Positions 31,244 to 32,000 of a stretch of 32,000 nt of DNA are shown piece after piece. Each line of letters opens with the position of its first letter. Position 1 is the first letter of the stretch. Below the pieces are notes generated by a model. That model had not been told where the DNA came from. It ran no database searches and saw only the letters and a program-made list of their open reading frames with translations. Both the position numbers and the translations under genes were made by a program. Source of the stretch: Nitratidesulfovibrio vulgaris str. Hildenborough (lineage in GTDB: Bacteria; Desulfobacterota; Desulfovibrionia; Desulfovibrionales; Desulfovibrionaceae); NCBI RefSeq assembly GCF_000195755.1, contig NC_005863.1, positions 120,001-152,000 of the forward strand. The letters are read 5' to 3'.

Positions 31244-32000
31244 GCAGTAGCGGCGACATCATCCTTCGCGTCTTCTCCGGCCCCCATACGGGGGCCGAGG
31301 TGGTGCTTCCGCCCGGCGACCATGTCATCGGCACCGAAGACTCGTGCGACATCATCCTCTCCGACGGCGGGCTTGCGCCACGCCACGTCTCCATCGGCGT
31401 CACCGCCGGAGTGCCCGGTGCGCCATCCACCGTCCACATCACCCCGCTTGACGGCCCGGTGCGCTACGACGATGCCGAGGTGCCCGCCACGGGCGTGACC
31501 CTCGCCCCGGCGACCCCCTGCCACATCGGGGAGACCTGCCTTGCATGGAACACCCCCGGCGCACCGTGGGAGACCTTCGACCTGACACCGCGCCAGTCCG
31601 TGACGGCTGCCGACGCGGCAGCGGGAACATCCGCCATGGCGGGTGGCGACCCTGCGGCGTCCACGCTTTCCGCCAATGCGGCCGCCAGTGCATCCCCATC
31701 GGGCGCGGCGGGCGATGCCCCCTCGGGCGCATCCCAGACGCCAACACTTTCGGCAACGCCTGCCAACGAAGTTGACGACCTCGTACTCGGCAGCCCCACC
31801 CGGCCCCACCACGAAAAACGCTGGCGGTCGGCCCTGCTGGCTGCCGCCGTCATGCTGCTGTGCACCAGCACGGTGGTCATCACCCTTGAGACACGCCCGC
31901 CCGCACCCCCTGAACGCGCGGCGCACCTTGCGGCGCAGCTTCATGCCGCGGGACTGACCGCCTTGCGCGTCGAGGCACGCCCCGAAGGGGTGGTCGTCTC
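31240..32000 (+). CDS. sctD: T3SS inner-membrane ring protein with an N-terminal FHA-fold domain (YscD/EscD/PrgH family), truncated by the window end
   Basis: Absent from the ORF track because it runs off the window. Its ATG overlaps the sctC stop as ATGA. ILRVFSGPHTGAEVVLPPGDHVIGTEDSCDIILSDGGLAPRHVSI parallels the YscD sequence [43 protein letters not shown]. A TM segment (WRSALLAAAVMLLCTSTVVI) follows near 31810-31870. Confidence 0.85.
   Translation, partial: MSSSGDIILRVFSGPHTGAEVVLPPGDHVIGTEDSCDIILSDGGLAPRHVSIGVTAGVPGAPSTVHITPLDGPVRYDDAEVPATGVTLAPATPCHIGETCLAWNTPGAPWETFDLTPRQSVTAADAAAGTSAMAGGDPAASTLSANAAASASPSGAAGDAPSGASQTPTLSATPANEVDDLVLGSPTRPHHEKRWRSALLAAAVMLLCTSTVVITLETRPPAPPERAAHLAAQLHAAGLTALRVEARPEGVVV

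Noticed and set aside
1-32000. Mobile-element boundaries, tRNA/rRNA genes and toxin-antitoxin or defence systems
   Set aside because: I recognised no transposase, integrase, terminal inverted repeats, tRNA-like cloverleaf or known defence-gene motif by eye. Absence cannot be proven without tools.

Overview
Visibly GC-rich, GC3-biased bacterial accessory DNA (composition not computed). Gene content fits a Desulfovibrio-type megaplasmid or island. From memory it resembles the katA-chrAB-T3SS region of D. vulgaris Hildenborough pDV1, but I cannot verify that here. Positions 1-13.4 kb hold a partial periplasmic-binding-domain gene, a PEP-CTERM secreted protein, a DUF554 membrane protein and a heme catalase. 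They also hold a chromate-resistance block (rhodanese-chrB-chrA plus a FlxA-like ORF), a small conserved ORF, an MFS transporter, and a radical-SAM/SPASM enzyme convergent with a glycerol-1-phosphate-dehydrogenase-family enzyme. Positions 13.5-32 kb hold a Ysc-family type III secretion (T3SS) locus arranged as two divergent units around a ~700 bp control region. The minus-strand unit reads sctW(yopN-tyeA fusion)-sycN-sctX-sctY-sctV-[repeat spacer]-sctS-sctT-sctU-EBP-small ORF-HAMP/SpoIIE phosphatase. The plus-strand unit reads lcrG-like, short tip/filament-like protein, lcrH-type chaperone, sctE, sctB, yscB-like chaperone, sctC, sctD (truncated by the window edge). The most unusual points are as follows. 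The enhancer-binding protein has a degenerate GAFTGA loop (GVATGV) and no sensor domain. An unannotated-looking 124-codon ORF is coupled by ATGA overlaps at both ends. A PP2C phosphatase has no visible partner-switch components. sctR is absent next to sctS, and a 28-bp x4 tandem repeat lies inside the operon there. Sigma-54-like promoters sit back to back around a central palindrome. No rRNA, tRNA, CRISPR, transposase or integrase was seen. Most long opposite-strand ORFs in the track are GC-driven shadow ORFs.
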